32,000 bases of DNA, taken from positions 1 through 32,000 of the forward strand of contig JACPWU010000039.1 in NCBI GenBank assembly GCA_016196885.1, read 5' to 3'. Of the stretch, positions 1 through 8,000 are shown piece after piece; positions within the stretch are counted from its first letter, which is position 1, and each line of letters starts with the position of its first letter. The notes under the pieces are model-generated. The model saw only the letters and a program-made list of their open reading frames with translations, was not told the DNA's origin and did no database searches. This DNA comes from Chlamydiota bacterium. GTDB lineage: Bacteria; Auribacterota; JACPWU01. A program made the position numbers and the translations under genes.

Positions 1-40
1 AGCACAAGCTTTGACCGCCTGCACAGACAAAAACTTTTGG

Positions 41-109
41 TTGAGACGGCCATGTAGCGTCACACGTCATTCCGGCAGGTTTTAAGCCGGAATCCAGACC
101 GCGTCTCAA
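41..109. repeat. nested hairpin element
   Basis: The outer stem is ttgagacg (41-48) / cgtctcaa (102-109). The inner stem is attccggc (69-76) / gccggaat (86-93). Confidence 0.6.
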
Positions 110-162
110 AACCGTTTTCTTAACTCTTCTAAAATGCTACAATGAAAAACTGGGAGGTCAGA

Positions 163-386
163 ATGCACCTGACAGATCATGTCCTCATGAAGAATTGGGT
201 TCAGTCCTGGAAAAGAACGGGGGAGATTTTGTCCAAGTTAAGAAAGACGAGCTTCACGCCGCGGATACCAAAAAGAGTATTGAGTTATTAGAGGATGCTT
301 TTCAATCGGCCTTGTTTTTGTGCGGTCCCTCTAACACCTCAGGTCTTATTGAGCAGCAACGACTATTCCGGAAATTGAAACGGTGA
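163..386 (+). CDS. small hypothetical protein, apparently frameshifted
   Basis: TACAAT (138-143) and GGGAGG (152-157) precede ATG 163, but that frame stops at TAG 289-291. The overlapping -1 frame (track ORF 195..386, TTG start, no RBS) carries the longer C-terminal part. Confidence 0.3.
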
Positions 387-563
387 AATCTCTGAGTTGA
401 GAATTATTTAAAACCTTTGTGTGAACTTAAAGAGGCGCCTGAGATATGGGTTCGTTTGGAGAATCTTATTCGACAGATGTGAACATTTGCCAGACCCATA
501 CCTGAGGTCGTGAGGATTTTGATTCAAATGTTGACTGAAGATTTAAAAGAAGTCCACATTCGA

Positions 564-709
564 GAGACCGAGGTAGTTCTTGAGGGGGCGTTGAAGTCGT
601 TCGCGACCATGGTAAGCCGATGAATAATCGGCTTGAGCGGACGACTTCGCCGAGCCCGTCCCGATCGGTGGTCGGGACGGGCGTTCCCATCAAGAACTAC
701 CTCGGTCTC
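564..709. repeat. nested palindromic element (20-bp outer stem with inner hairpins)
   Basis: gagaccgaggtagttcttga (564-583) is the exact reverse complement of 690-709. The inner hairpins are aagccgat..atcggctt and cccgtcccga..tcgggacggg. Confidence 0.8.
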
Positions 710-747
710 CTGGAGCCAAACTATTGCGTAGCCGATTTCAGTACTAC

Positions 748-786
748 ATGTTATAACTATATGTTATAACTATATGTTATAATTAT
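748..786 (+). promoter_or_regulatory. three tandem 13-bp repeats with palindromic GTTATAAC cores, a likely TA operator/promoter
   Basis: atgttataactat occurs 3 times (748-760, 761-773, 774-786). The last copy is degenerate and reads TATAAT at 779-784. The array lies 20 nt upstream of the DUF4258 gene. Confidence 0.55.
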
Positions 787-805
787 TCTGTTCAAGGGAG
801 CGTGT

Positions 806-1090
806 GTGGGTTGGATTGAAGATGTGTTGTCTAAATGTAATCGTCATCGTTGGCCTGTTGTGTTCGAGCCGCATGCTATTATGCGTCAGGGAGAACGAGG
901 AATTGAGCCGAGATATATGGTGGATGCTGTGAGAAAAGGCAGAGTCATCGAGCATAAGTGTGAGTATCCAAGAAAATTATGTTTGGAGTATTATGAAGGG
1001 AAAAGCAGGATGACTTATGGTGTATATATTGTTGTTGAGCAATCCTTTTTCAGGGTGAAGACGGGATGGACGAAAAGAGGTCGATCATGA
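806..1090 (+). CDS. DUF4258-family toxin-like protein
   Basis: 94 aa with a GTG start 5 nt after AAGGGAG. The HAxxRxxERGI-type motif (HAIMRQGERGIEP) followed by ...GRVIEH...YP is typical of DUF4258. Its stop overlaps the next gene as ATGA. Confidence 0.7.
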   Translation: MGWIEDVLSKCNRHRWPVVFEPHAIMRQGERGIEPRYMVDAVRKGRVIEHKCEYPRKLCLEYYEGKSRMTYGVYIVVEQSFFRVKTGWTKRGRS

Positions 1091-1383
1091 AAATGAGATG
1101 TCAATGCAAAGGAGAATACAAAGAGCAAGTGACCCATTTTGAGGGTCTCAAAAGCGAGGCGATGGTTTGTCAAAGTTGTGGGGATGAGATTCTCACTTTA
1201 AAGCAAGCGGAAAAACTTTATAAATTGAAAGAGTTGCGGAACTTATTTCGAAAGGGACGTAAAACCATCAAGATTGGTAATGCCCTTGGCATCACTTTTC
1301 CCAAAGAATTTTTAGGAAGAGAAGGACGGCCTGTGAAGATTAGTGCATTGGATCCACACACTGTAAAAGTCCAGGTAGGCTAA
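1087..1383 (+). CDS. YgiT/MqsA-type zinc-ribbon antitoxin with AbrB/SpoVT-like C-terminal domain
   Basis: CxC...CxxC zinc ribbon (CQCKG...CQSCGDE). The C-terminal IKIGNALGITFPKEFLG...VKI resembles a swapped-hairpin DNA-binding domain. ATG 1087 gives an ATGA overlap with the toxin stop; the track start 1066 is also possible. Confidence 0.65.
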   Translation: MKMRCQCKGEYKEQVTHFEGLKSEAMVCQSCGDEILTLKQAEKLYKLKELRNLFRKGRKTIKIGNALGITFPKEFLGREGRPVKISALDPHTVKVQVG

Positions 1384-1480
1384 ACGGACTAAATTTTACA
1401 TCTTTCTATCTCTGGTTTAGGGGTGTAAGTGCTACTTTCATGAGTGCTTCATTTATGGTATATTAAATCAAGAGGTTTAT

Positions 1481-1663
1481 ATGTCTCCCATCTTAAAATT
1501 GAAGAAACACAATGAAAGAAAAGAAATAGATTTTGAACTTGAGTACTTGGGTTCATTGACCGTGCTTGAAAGATTTAAGATGTGTTTTCAAAAAACAAAA
1601 GAAATGCGGGAGCTTCTAGAGAACAGTTGTCATAGAAAGAATCACAACACAAAATCCAAATAA
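1481..1663 (+). CDS. small hypothetical protein, homologue of ORF 18502..18699
   Basis: AAGAGG RBS lies upstream. It aligns with the 65-aa ORF at 18502..18699 (KE.DF.LEY....s..ER........E+.....N). Confidence 0.45.
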   Translation: MSPILKLKKHNERKEIDFELEYLGSLTVLERFKMCFQKTKEMRELLENSCHRKNHNTKSK

Positions 1664-2769
1664 TTTTCTGAATGAATGATTTCATAGCTTGAATCAGGGT
1701 AATTTTCTATCCAATCTCGTGGGGGAGGGCTGTCCTTCTTTTTCCATTTAAATTCATACGCGAAAAGCTGGCCTTCTCTTTCTTCGATAAGATCAATTTC
1801 TTTCTTTTCCCAGGTTCGCCAAAAGTAGTGATTGCCTGGGATAAATTGATAAGCGTTCTTTTTTAATCTTTCAACCATCACAAAGTTTTCCCACAAGCTC
1901 CCGATATCATTTCTCAAATCCAAAGCATTAAAGTTTGAAATGAGGGCATTGCGAATGCCATTGTCAAAAAAGTAGTATTTATTTTTTCTTGTCAGTTCTT
2001 TTCGAAGGTTGCGACTAAAACCCATTCTAGGAAAAATGATAAAGGTTTTCTCCAAAAGGTCAAGATATCGTGCCACCGTTTTTGAGTTCATGCCCATTTG
2101 TTGCCCAAGCTCTGAGAAAGAGACTTGAGAACCCACTTGAAACGCGAGAAGTTTCAGAAGATCGACGAGTTTCCGAGAATTTTTAATACCCTCCATTGCC
2201 AAAATGTCTTTGAGCAAATAAGAATTATACAATTCCTCAAGCACGCGAATTTTTTCCTGTTTACCTGTTGCTATCACCACTTCCGGATAACTTCCAAAAA
2301 CGAGATAGTGGATCAATTCATTTTTTAGCTCGACATGATTGTAAAGCATGGCGAGTTCGAGCTGTGCAATAGGATAAAGGGAGAGCGTCGTTTTTCTTCC
2401 TGTAAGCGGTTCTCCGACTTGGCCAGATAGTTCAAACGAGGAGGATCCCGTCGCAATCACATAAAGATTGGGAACTTGGTCAACAAGAATTTTAAGTGCT
2501 TCTCCAACATGGGGGATATTTTGAGCCTCGTCAAGGGCGATGAGTTCATACCCTCGAGCATATTCCTTAATGATGTCAAAATCCCTCGAGCTTAAAAGGT
2601 GTTGTGTTTTGATATGATCGCCAGAGTCAAGTTTATACTTTAAAGAAGTTTGGGATAGGAACTCAGTCAATAAGGTGGTTTTCCCAACCTGTCTAGGGCC
2701 ATAGATGACCAGAACTTTATTAGGCTTTAGAAATTTTCCAATGTCCCGAAAGACTCGATTAATTTTCAT
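1642..2769 (-). CDS. AAA+ ATPase, COG1373 type (AAA_14 + DUF4143)
   Basis: Walker A is GPRQVGKTT and Walker B is LIALDEAQ. The C-terminal EIDLIEE...AYEFKWK is a D..ExK nuclease-like motif. Confidence 0.85.
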   Translation of the reverse strand: MKINRVFRDIGKFLKPNKVLVIYGPRQVGKTTLLTEFLSQTSLKYKLDSGDHIKTQHLLSSRDFDIIKEYARGYELIALDEAQNIPHVGEALKILVDQVPNLYVIATGSSSFELSGQVGEPLTGRKTTLSLYPIAQLELAMLYNHVELKNELIHYLVFGSYPEVVIATGKQEKIRVLEELYNSYLLKDILAMEGIKNSRKLVDLLKLLAFQVGSQVSFSELGQQMGMNSKTVARYLDLLEKTFIIFPRMGFSRNLRKELTRKNKYYFFDNGIRNALISNFNALDLRNDIGSLWENFVMVERLKKNAYQFIPGNHYFWRTWEKKEIDLIEEREGQLFAYEFKWKKKDSPPPRDWIENYPDSSYEIIHSENYLDFVL

Positions 2770-2820
2770 GCAACTATACTATACGAAAAATTACTATTTC
2801 AGTCAATATAAATACTCGAA

Positions 2821-2950
2821 ATTAATAAAAAATATGGAGTAGAAATACTCTATATAAAATTATTAAAAGAGCATCAGGTTGATTTTGTCATCATAGGTGC
2901 GACTGCTTTTCCCGTTTATGGTTATTCCCGTGAACATACAAATTTAAAGT
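2821..2950 (+). pseudogene. remnant of a nucleotidyltransferase-like gene (N-terminal fragment)
   Basis: The frame reads ...VEILYIKLLKEHQVDFVIIGATAFPVYGYSREHTNLK*. This aligns with residues ~11-45 of the intact ORF 18075..18560 (FKELLTLFNKHKVKYTVVGAFAVAFHAIPRYTKDLD). It has no start codon and is truncated at a palindrome. Confidence 0.35.
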
Positions 2951-2968
2951 GATACTTTAAATTTGTAT
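2936..2968. repeat. perfect 15-bp inverted repeat
   Basis: atacaaatttaaagt, then gat, then actttaaatttgtat. It sits exactly where the nucleotidyltransferase remnant ends and ATPase gene 2 begins. Confidence 0.8.
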
Positions 2969-3003
2969 TGATTCTCTCCTCTCTTTTGTGTCATGATAAT
3001 GAC

Positions 3004-4221
3004 ATGGTCAAGGCATATCTACATCGTTGGATTGAATCTTCCCTTCAAGCGTATCTGAAAGAGTTTCCTGTTGTAGGACTGATGGGACCTCGTCAGTCTG
3101 GAAAATCTACTACGCTTCAATATCTTTTAGGTGCACAGTACAAGTATGTCAGCTTCGATTCTCCGTCCCAAAGGGAAAGGGCCCAGGGGGATCCGGAACT
3201 CCTTCTGGATGAACTTGGGGAGCGTGTTATTTTTGATGAAATTCAATATGTTCCTTCTTTGCTTTCCTATCTCAAGATTCGCGTGGATCAACGAAGGGAT
3301 ATCCCTGGCCAGTATGTCATCACGGGCTCTCAGCAATTTTCCTTAATGAAGGGTTTGACGGAAACGCTTGCGGGACGAATTGGACTTCTTTGTCAACTGC
3401 CCTTTGCAAGTTTAGAAGAATTAGAAGCAAAAAAAATAAAAAAAAGTTCTAAAGATCTTTTCGTGCAATATTCCCTTCGAGGAAGTTATCCAGAGCTGGT
3501 GGCCCATCCCAAAAAAGATGTGGGTGCGTGGTATGAAAGTTATGTGAATACGTATTTGGAACGCGATGTTCAAGGAATTTATCAAATCGGACATCTTCGT
3601 GATTTTCGGCGCTTTTTAATTCTTTTGGCAAGCCGATGTGGGCAGATCTTTAATATGTCCAGTTTCGCAAATGATGTTGGCGTTTCTGTTCCTACTATTC
3701 AGCAGTGGGCTTCGATTTTAGAAGCGAGCTGGATTATCTATTTTCTTCAACCCTATCATGAAAATTTTGGGAAGAGAATTGTTAAGAGTCCAAAACTTTA
3801 TTTTTTGGATACGGCTTTGGCAGCGCAGCTGGTTGGTATTGACAATGCTAAATTTCTGATGCAGGGACCCATGGCGGGGGCTCTATTCGAAAATTACATT
3901 GTTTCAGAGACTCTCAAATGTTATCGCAACAGGGGAAAAATTCCGCGCTTGTATTATTGGAGGACTTCCATTGGACTTGAAGTGGATCTTTTGATGGAGG
4001 AGGGAGGACGCGTTTATCCTGTTGAATGTAAATTGGCCAAGACGGTGCGATCATCTATGGCTGAAACACTTGAAAAATTTGTCTCAAGTCTCCCTCAAGA
4101 AAGAGTAGGAAAAGGACGCGTTGTTTGTTTATGTGAAGAATCCATTTCTTTTTCTCACAATGTTTCTTTTATGAATGGTTTAGACTATTTTAAAAATCTT
4201 GAGCCGCATCACACGGGGTGA
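3004..4221 (+). CDS. AAA+ ATPase, COG1373 type (AAA_14 + DUF4143)
   Basis: Walker A is GPRQSGKST and Walker B is VIFDEIQ. The C-terminal EVDLLMEE...YPVECKLAK is a D..ExK motif. ATG 3004 (MVKAYLHRW) is preferred over the track TTG 2968. Confidence 0.85.
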   Translation: MVKAYLHRWIESSLQAYLKEFPVVGLMGPRQSGKSTTLQYLLGAQYKYVSFDSPSQRERAQGDPELLLDELGERVIFDEIQYVPSLLSYLKIRVDQRRDIPGQYVITGSQQFSLMKGLTETLAGRIGLLCQLPFASLEELEAKKIKKSSKDLFVQYSLRGSYPELVAHPKKDVGAWYESYVNTYLERDVQGIYQIGHLRDFRRFLILLASRCGQIFNMSSFANDVGVSVPTIQQWASILEASWIIYFLQPYHENFGKRIVKSPKLYFLDTALAAQLVGIDNAKFLMQGPMAGALFENYIVSETLKCYRNRGKIPRLYYWRTSIGLEVDLLMEEGGRVYPVECKLAKTVRSSMAETLEKFVSSLPQERVGKGRVVCLCEESISFSHNVSFMNGLDYFKNLEPHHTG

Positions 4222-4226
4222 ATCTT

Positions 4227-5372
4227 TCACCTGATATATTTTCCACTCCACAGGTTTTCTAAAAATAAAGCCCAAGGCAAGATATCAATTCCTTCTAAAT
4301 GGCGAGGCGCTTCTTCCAGAGAGACCACAATAGCTTTTTTGAAAGGGTATTCCTCCCGAAAGGCTTTGATCCCTTTCAAATGACGAGAGAGAACGTTTTG
4401 AGTTCCTTTGACTTCGATCACGACCTCGGCTTCTCCTAAGACAAAATCAACCTCTAGGTCTGATGATGTTCTCCAATACGAAATGGGGTAATGTAGACGT
4501 GAATAATGGGCATAGGCTGAGAGCTCCATAAAAATAAAATGTTCAAAGGCACGTCCAAAGGCTTCACCTCCCAGAAGGATTTGTCCTTGATGACTCAAGA
4601 AATTTGCCAGTCCCACATCAAAGAAGTAGAATTTTGGAGCCTTGATCACACGCCGTTTAGGGCGTAAACAAAAGGACGGAACATATTGACCAATCAGAGT
4701 ATCTTCTAAGATTTGGAAATATTCCTTTACAGTCACCGACTTCACTCTACACTCACTGGCAATATTTGTGTAGTTGACAATTTGACTATTGCTGAAAGCA
4801 GCCTTTTCCAGAAATTGACTAAAAATCTGCTGATTTCTGACCAAGGCCTCTGCAAAAATCTCTTCTTTTAAATAGTCTGCAACGTAGGCATAAATCATTT
4901 CTCGAGGATCGTCTTCTAAATAATGTCGAGGCAAAAGCCCATGGTTCAGCGCCCGAAGTAAATTAAAATTTGGAATTTCTGAAAAGGTTAAAGGATGAAG
5001 TTCGTAACGAAGTGCCCTTCCTCCTAAGAGATTTCCAGAGCCACGCCTCAATTTTCGAGCACTGGACCCGCTCAAGATGAATTGCATCCCGTGATTATCC
5101 ATGAGGAGTTGAATGACGTCCAAGAGCGAAGGGATTTTCTGAACCTCGTCGATGATCATAGGACCCTTTCCTATTTCTATGGCTAAAAGACGCTCCCTCA
5201 AGGCGTGAGGGCTGTGTGTGAATTGGGTGAAAAGCAAAGGATCCAAAAGATTAAAGCAGGGCCGGTCTGGGAAAAGCTGTTTCAAGAGGGTACTTTTGCC
5301 GACTTGTCGGGGTCCCCAGAGAAAGCAGCTTAGATTTTTGAGCCCATGAAACTGAAAGATACGTTTTATCAT
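4227..5372 (-). CDS. AAA+ ATPase, COG1373 type (AAA_14 + DUF4143)
   Basis: Walker A is GPRQVGKST and Walker B is MIIDEVQ. The C-terminal EVDFVLGE...VIEVKGT is a D..ExK motif. It is convergent with the previous gene across a 5-bp gap. Confidence 0.85.
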   Translation of the reverse strand: MIKRIFQFHGLKNLSCFLWGPRQVGKSTLLKQLFPDRPCFNLLDPLLFTQFTHSPHALRERLLAIEIGKGPMIIDEVQKIPSLLDVIQLLMDNHGMQFILSGSSARKLRRGSGNLLGGRALRYELHPLTFSEIPNFNLLRALNHGLLPRHYLEDDPREMIYAYVADYLKEEIFAEALVRNQQIFSQFLEKAAFSNSQIVNYTNIASECRVKSVTVKEYFQILEDTLIGQYVPSFCLRPKRRVIKAPKFYFFDVGLANFLSHQGQILLGGEAFGRAFEHFIFMELSAYAHYSRLHYPISYWRTSSDLEVDFVLGEAEVVIEVKGTQNVLSRHLKGIKAFREEYPFKKAIVVSLEEAPRHLEGIDILPWALFLENLWSGKYIR

Positions 5373-5389
5373 ATTTAACCTGATAGCTT

Positions 5390-5417
5390 ATAATAACATG
5401 TAAAATTAAGTTATCAA
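5390..5417 (-). promoter_or_regulatory. candidate sigma70-type promoter for ATPase 4227..5372
   Basis: On the minus strand TTGATA (5417-5412) is followed by a 16-nt spacer and TATTAT (5395-5390), 17 nt upstream of ATG 5372. Confidence 0.3.
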
Positions 5418-5450
5418 CTTAAATATGTGAGATGTGGCGAGATAGATTTT

Positions 5451-5687
5451 AACCCAGATTTTGCAATAGACGCGAGAACCCAAGAGCAAGAGCTTGAGCC
5501 AGACAGGCCTTTGCAGTCCCTGTGGGATTGGCCTGAAGAAAACGGAGGCATGCAAAAATTTGCCTGTCGAGTATTTCTGAAGGTCAAGATGGCCAAGACC
5601 TCAAGCTGTTACAAGATTTTATAGTCCCTGCAGGGATAGTCCCTGTGGGATGCGTCGAATTCCGCGGCCTATTGCAAATTCTGGGTT
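5451..5687. repeat. 237-bp region bounded by imperfect 24-bp inverted repeats, with internal repeats
   Basis: aacccagattttgcaatagacgcg (5451-5474) pairs with cgcggcctattgcaaattctgggtt (5663-5687). The inner stem is agcttgag (5491-5498) / ctcaagct (5601-5608). The motif AGTCCCTG(Y)(R)GGGAT occurs at 5515-5528, 5623-5637 and 5638-5651. Confidence 0.7.
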
Positions 5688-7993
5688 TAAGCAAAACGTC
5701 TTAAGGTCGAAGATTTTGTCTCTGCCTGAATTTCCTTCAAAGGCCAGATCGGTAAATCAATATAAAAGGTTGTTTGTCCATCTTTCTCAGATTGGAATCC
5801 TATTTTTCCTCCTAGTTTTTCAATAATCTCTTTGGTAATCCAGAGTCCGAGTCCCGTTCCTGAGCGTTGGCGGGTGTTAGACGTGTCCTCTTGTGAAAAC
5901 TTTTCGAAGAGATGATTTTGAAAGGATGCTGGAATTTGAGGGCCATGATTGGTGACAGAAATACGGACTTTTTGATCTAATGGCTCTAACGAAACGGTCA
6001 CTTGATCTTTGCTCGGAGAAAATTTAGCGCCATTAGAGAGGAGATTGGTGAGGGCCTGCGTAAAACGGTCGCTGTCCACATGAACTTTGATACCAGGGGG
6101 TAAATGGTTTTTCAATTCAAATTGAACACTGAATTGAGATGCAAAAGTTTTATTGATGTCAATCGCCTGAGTCACGAGAGTCACCAGGTCCATTGTTTTC
6201 TTGTTAAAATCCATTCTGCCGGCTTCAATTTTTTGGGTGTCGAGTAAGTCGTTGATTAAGCGTACCAGCCGCTCGCAATTTCGAAAGGCAATGTCAATCA
6301 TCTTGACAGCTTGTTCGGGAATTTCTCCCACCATTTTGTGATTGATGATTTCGAGCGCACCCTGAATAGAGGTGAGAGGTGTTTTCAGTTCGTGGCTAAC
6401 CGTCGAGATGAATTCTGATTTCATGTGATCCATCTTTAGCCGTTCCGTGACATCATTGGCCAGAACCAGAATGGCGGGGGATCCCTGAAAGAGAATCGAG
6501 TTGCTTGTGATTTCGACTGAAATTTTTGTCCCGTCCTTTTTCTGATGAAGCCGGATTCCCTCGGATGTCAGACCATGATGTTGGGTCACCTGTTCGAGAG
6601 GGTTAGGTGTTTTTTCGGGCGCATAGATGTCATGGAGGGTCCTCTTCAAGAACTCCTCTTCTGAGTAGCCATAATGCTCTACGGCCACTCGATTGACGGC
6701 TAAGAAGCGAAGGGCCTTTTCATCATACACCCACATGGGATGGGGATTTTTTTCAAAGAGAAGGCGATATTGCTGTTCACTCTGTTGAAGGGCCTCTTGG
6801 GCCTTCTGGTGCGCGACGATTTCTGATTTTAATTTCTGGTTCGTCTTCGCCAATTCTAAAGTTCGCTCGTCGACACGTTCCTCGAGTCCCTTGTAGGCGT
6901 TCTCGAGGATTCTCTTGATCCTTTTATTTTCTCGAATGTCTCTGGCAATGATAACAGCTCCCTGACTGGTGTCCTCCTTATTTTTTGAGGAGAGCCGAGC
7001 CATCGAAACACTGACAGGAATTTCTTCTCCTTCTCTCGTCAAGAAAATCATTTCTTGCTCTGGCACTTTGTGGGCCTTCAAGATTTGATCTAAGTTGTAA
7101 AGAATATCTCTAGATGGAGCCAATAGGCTCTCAAGGGGTTCTCCCAAGAGGACCTTTTCACGGCGTCCAGAAAGGAGGCAAGCCGCTCGATTGACCACAC
7201 GAATTTTTCCCTCTGGATCGCAGACGATGAGAGGATCCGCCATGGTCGCAATGATTTCATTGGCCGCAAGGGACGGGGTGATATCCACCAAGTGATAGCG
7301 AACAATGGTCCTCGCCGCAATCACCACAAAAATAAAAATGGGAATATAACCAAAAGGGTATAGGGCAATCCCGTATTTGGCCAGATAGTCCAAAGACCCA
7401 AGATACCCTATCACAAAGGCGGTGAGAAAAGATTTGATTCTGATTTCATGGATGTGAGAAGTGGTGCGCTGATACTCTTTCCAATATTCGATGAGGGTCA
7501 GAATCATCACGCCAAAGAAAAAGGTGAGATAGGGAATGCCGAGCCAATGGTATTGGGGATAATAACCCCAGGAATAATGACGGAGATTCCCGATCAGGGA
7601 ATGGGTGTTAAAAATGGCGATGATGAAAAGGAGGGAGAGCGTCCACGTGATTCGAAGTATCCATTTTCTCTGCCTTCTTTTTTTGAGTATTTCTGTGGTA
7701 AAAAGATAAACAGCGGAGGGAATGGAAGGGACGGCTAGATAGGCGATTTTCACCCACATCAGGGCCGTATCTTTATTGATTGCAAAATACATCCATGAAA
7801 ATGAGAAAAGCCATGCGGCGGTCATAAAAGTGAGGAGAAAAAAAGACAAGCTTGTGGAGGCCTTGCGCTCTAGGATAAGGACGACCACGCCCAGAAGAAA
7901 AATGGACATCGCCGTGACGAGAACAGGCACGGCATACGGATTAAAGGCATAATTTTCAGGATTAAGGATGAGAGAAAACATTAAGAACCTCAT
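5687..7993 (-). CDS. sensor histidine kinase (N-terminal 7TM domain, two PAS domains, HisKA, HATPase_c)
   Basis: The N terminus has multiple TM helices. The H box is SHELKTPLTSIQG, the N box is LLSNGAKFSP and the G2 box is GTGLGLWITKEIIEKLGG. GGAGGGG RBS is present. No adjacent response regulator. Confidence 0.9.
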   Translation of the reverse strand: MRFLMFSLILNPENYAFNPYAVPVLVTAMSIFLLGVVVLILERKASTSLSFFLLTFMTAAWLFSFSWMYFAINKDTALMWVKIAYLAVPSIPSAVYLFTTEILKKRRQRKWILRITWTLSLLFIIAIFNTHSLIGNLRHYSWGYYPQYHWLGIPYLTFFFGVMILTLIEYWKEYQRTTSHIHEIRIKSFLTAFVIGYLGSLDYLAKYGIALYPFGYIPIFIFVVIAARTIVRYHLVDITPSLAANEIIATMADPLIVCDPEGKIRVVNRAACLLSGRREKVLLGEPLESLLAPSRDILYNLDQILKAHKVPEQEMIFLTREGEEIPVSVSMARLSSKNKEDTSQGAVIIARDIRENKRIKRILENAYKGLEERVDERTLELAKTNQKLKSEIVAHQKAQEALQQSEQQYRLLFEKNPHPMWVYDEKALRFLAVNRVAVEHYGYSEEEFLKRTLHDIYAPEKTPNPLEQVTQHHGLTSEGIRLHQKKDGTKISVEITSNSILFQGSPAILVLANDVTERLKMDHMKSEFISTVSHELKTPLTSIQGALEIINHKMVGEIPEQAVKMIDIAFRNCERLVRLINDLLDTQKIEAGRMDFNKKTMDLVTLVTQAIDINKTFASQFSVQFELKNHLPPGIKVHVDSDRFTQALTNLLSNGAKFSPSKDQVTVSLEPLDQKVRISVTNHGPQIPASFQNHLFEKFSQEDTSNTRQRSGTGLGLWITKEIIEKLGGKIGFQSEKDGQTTFYIDLPIWPLKEIQAETKSSTLRRFA

Positions 7994-8000
7994 TTTTTAA

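Noticed and set aside
1-70. Partial ORFs touching the left edge: a plus-frame ORF ending at TAG 55-57 and a minus-strand ATG at 70-68 running off the window.
   Set aside because: Only about 18-23 codons are visible and they overlap a hairpin repeat, which is not enough evidence to call a gene.
466-693. 75-aa minus-strand ORF.
   Set aside because: It lies across the GC-rich nested palindrome at 564-709, and its Arg/Pro/Gly/Ser-rich translation is typical of translated repeats. I saw no RBS.
2968-3003. TTG 2968 as the start of the second ATPase.
   Set aside because: The TTG is the last base of the 15-bp palindrome plus the two bases after it, and the first 12 codons look non-conserved. ATG 3004 gives the N-terminal spacing before the Walker A seen in the paralogues.
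5414-5624. Two mutually antisense ORFs of 60 and 65 aa.
   Set aside because: They overlap each other within the inverted-repeat-bounded structured region. Neither has an RBS or a recognisable motif, so I treated the region as noncoding.
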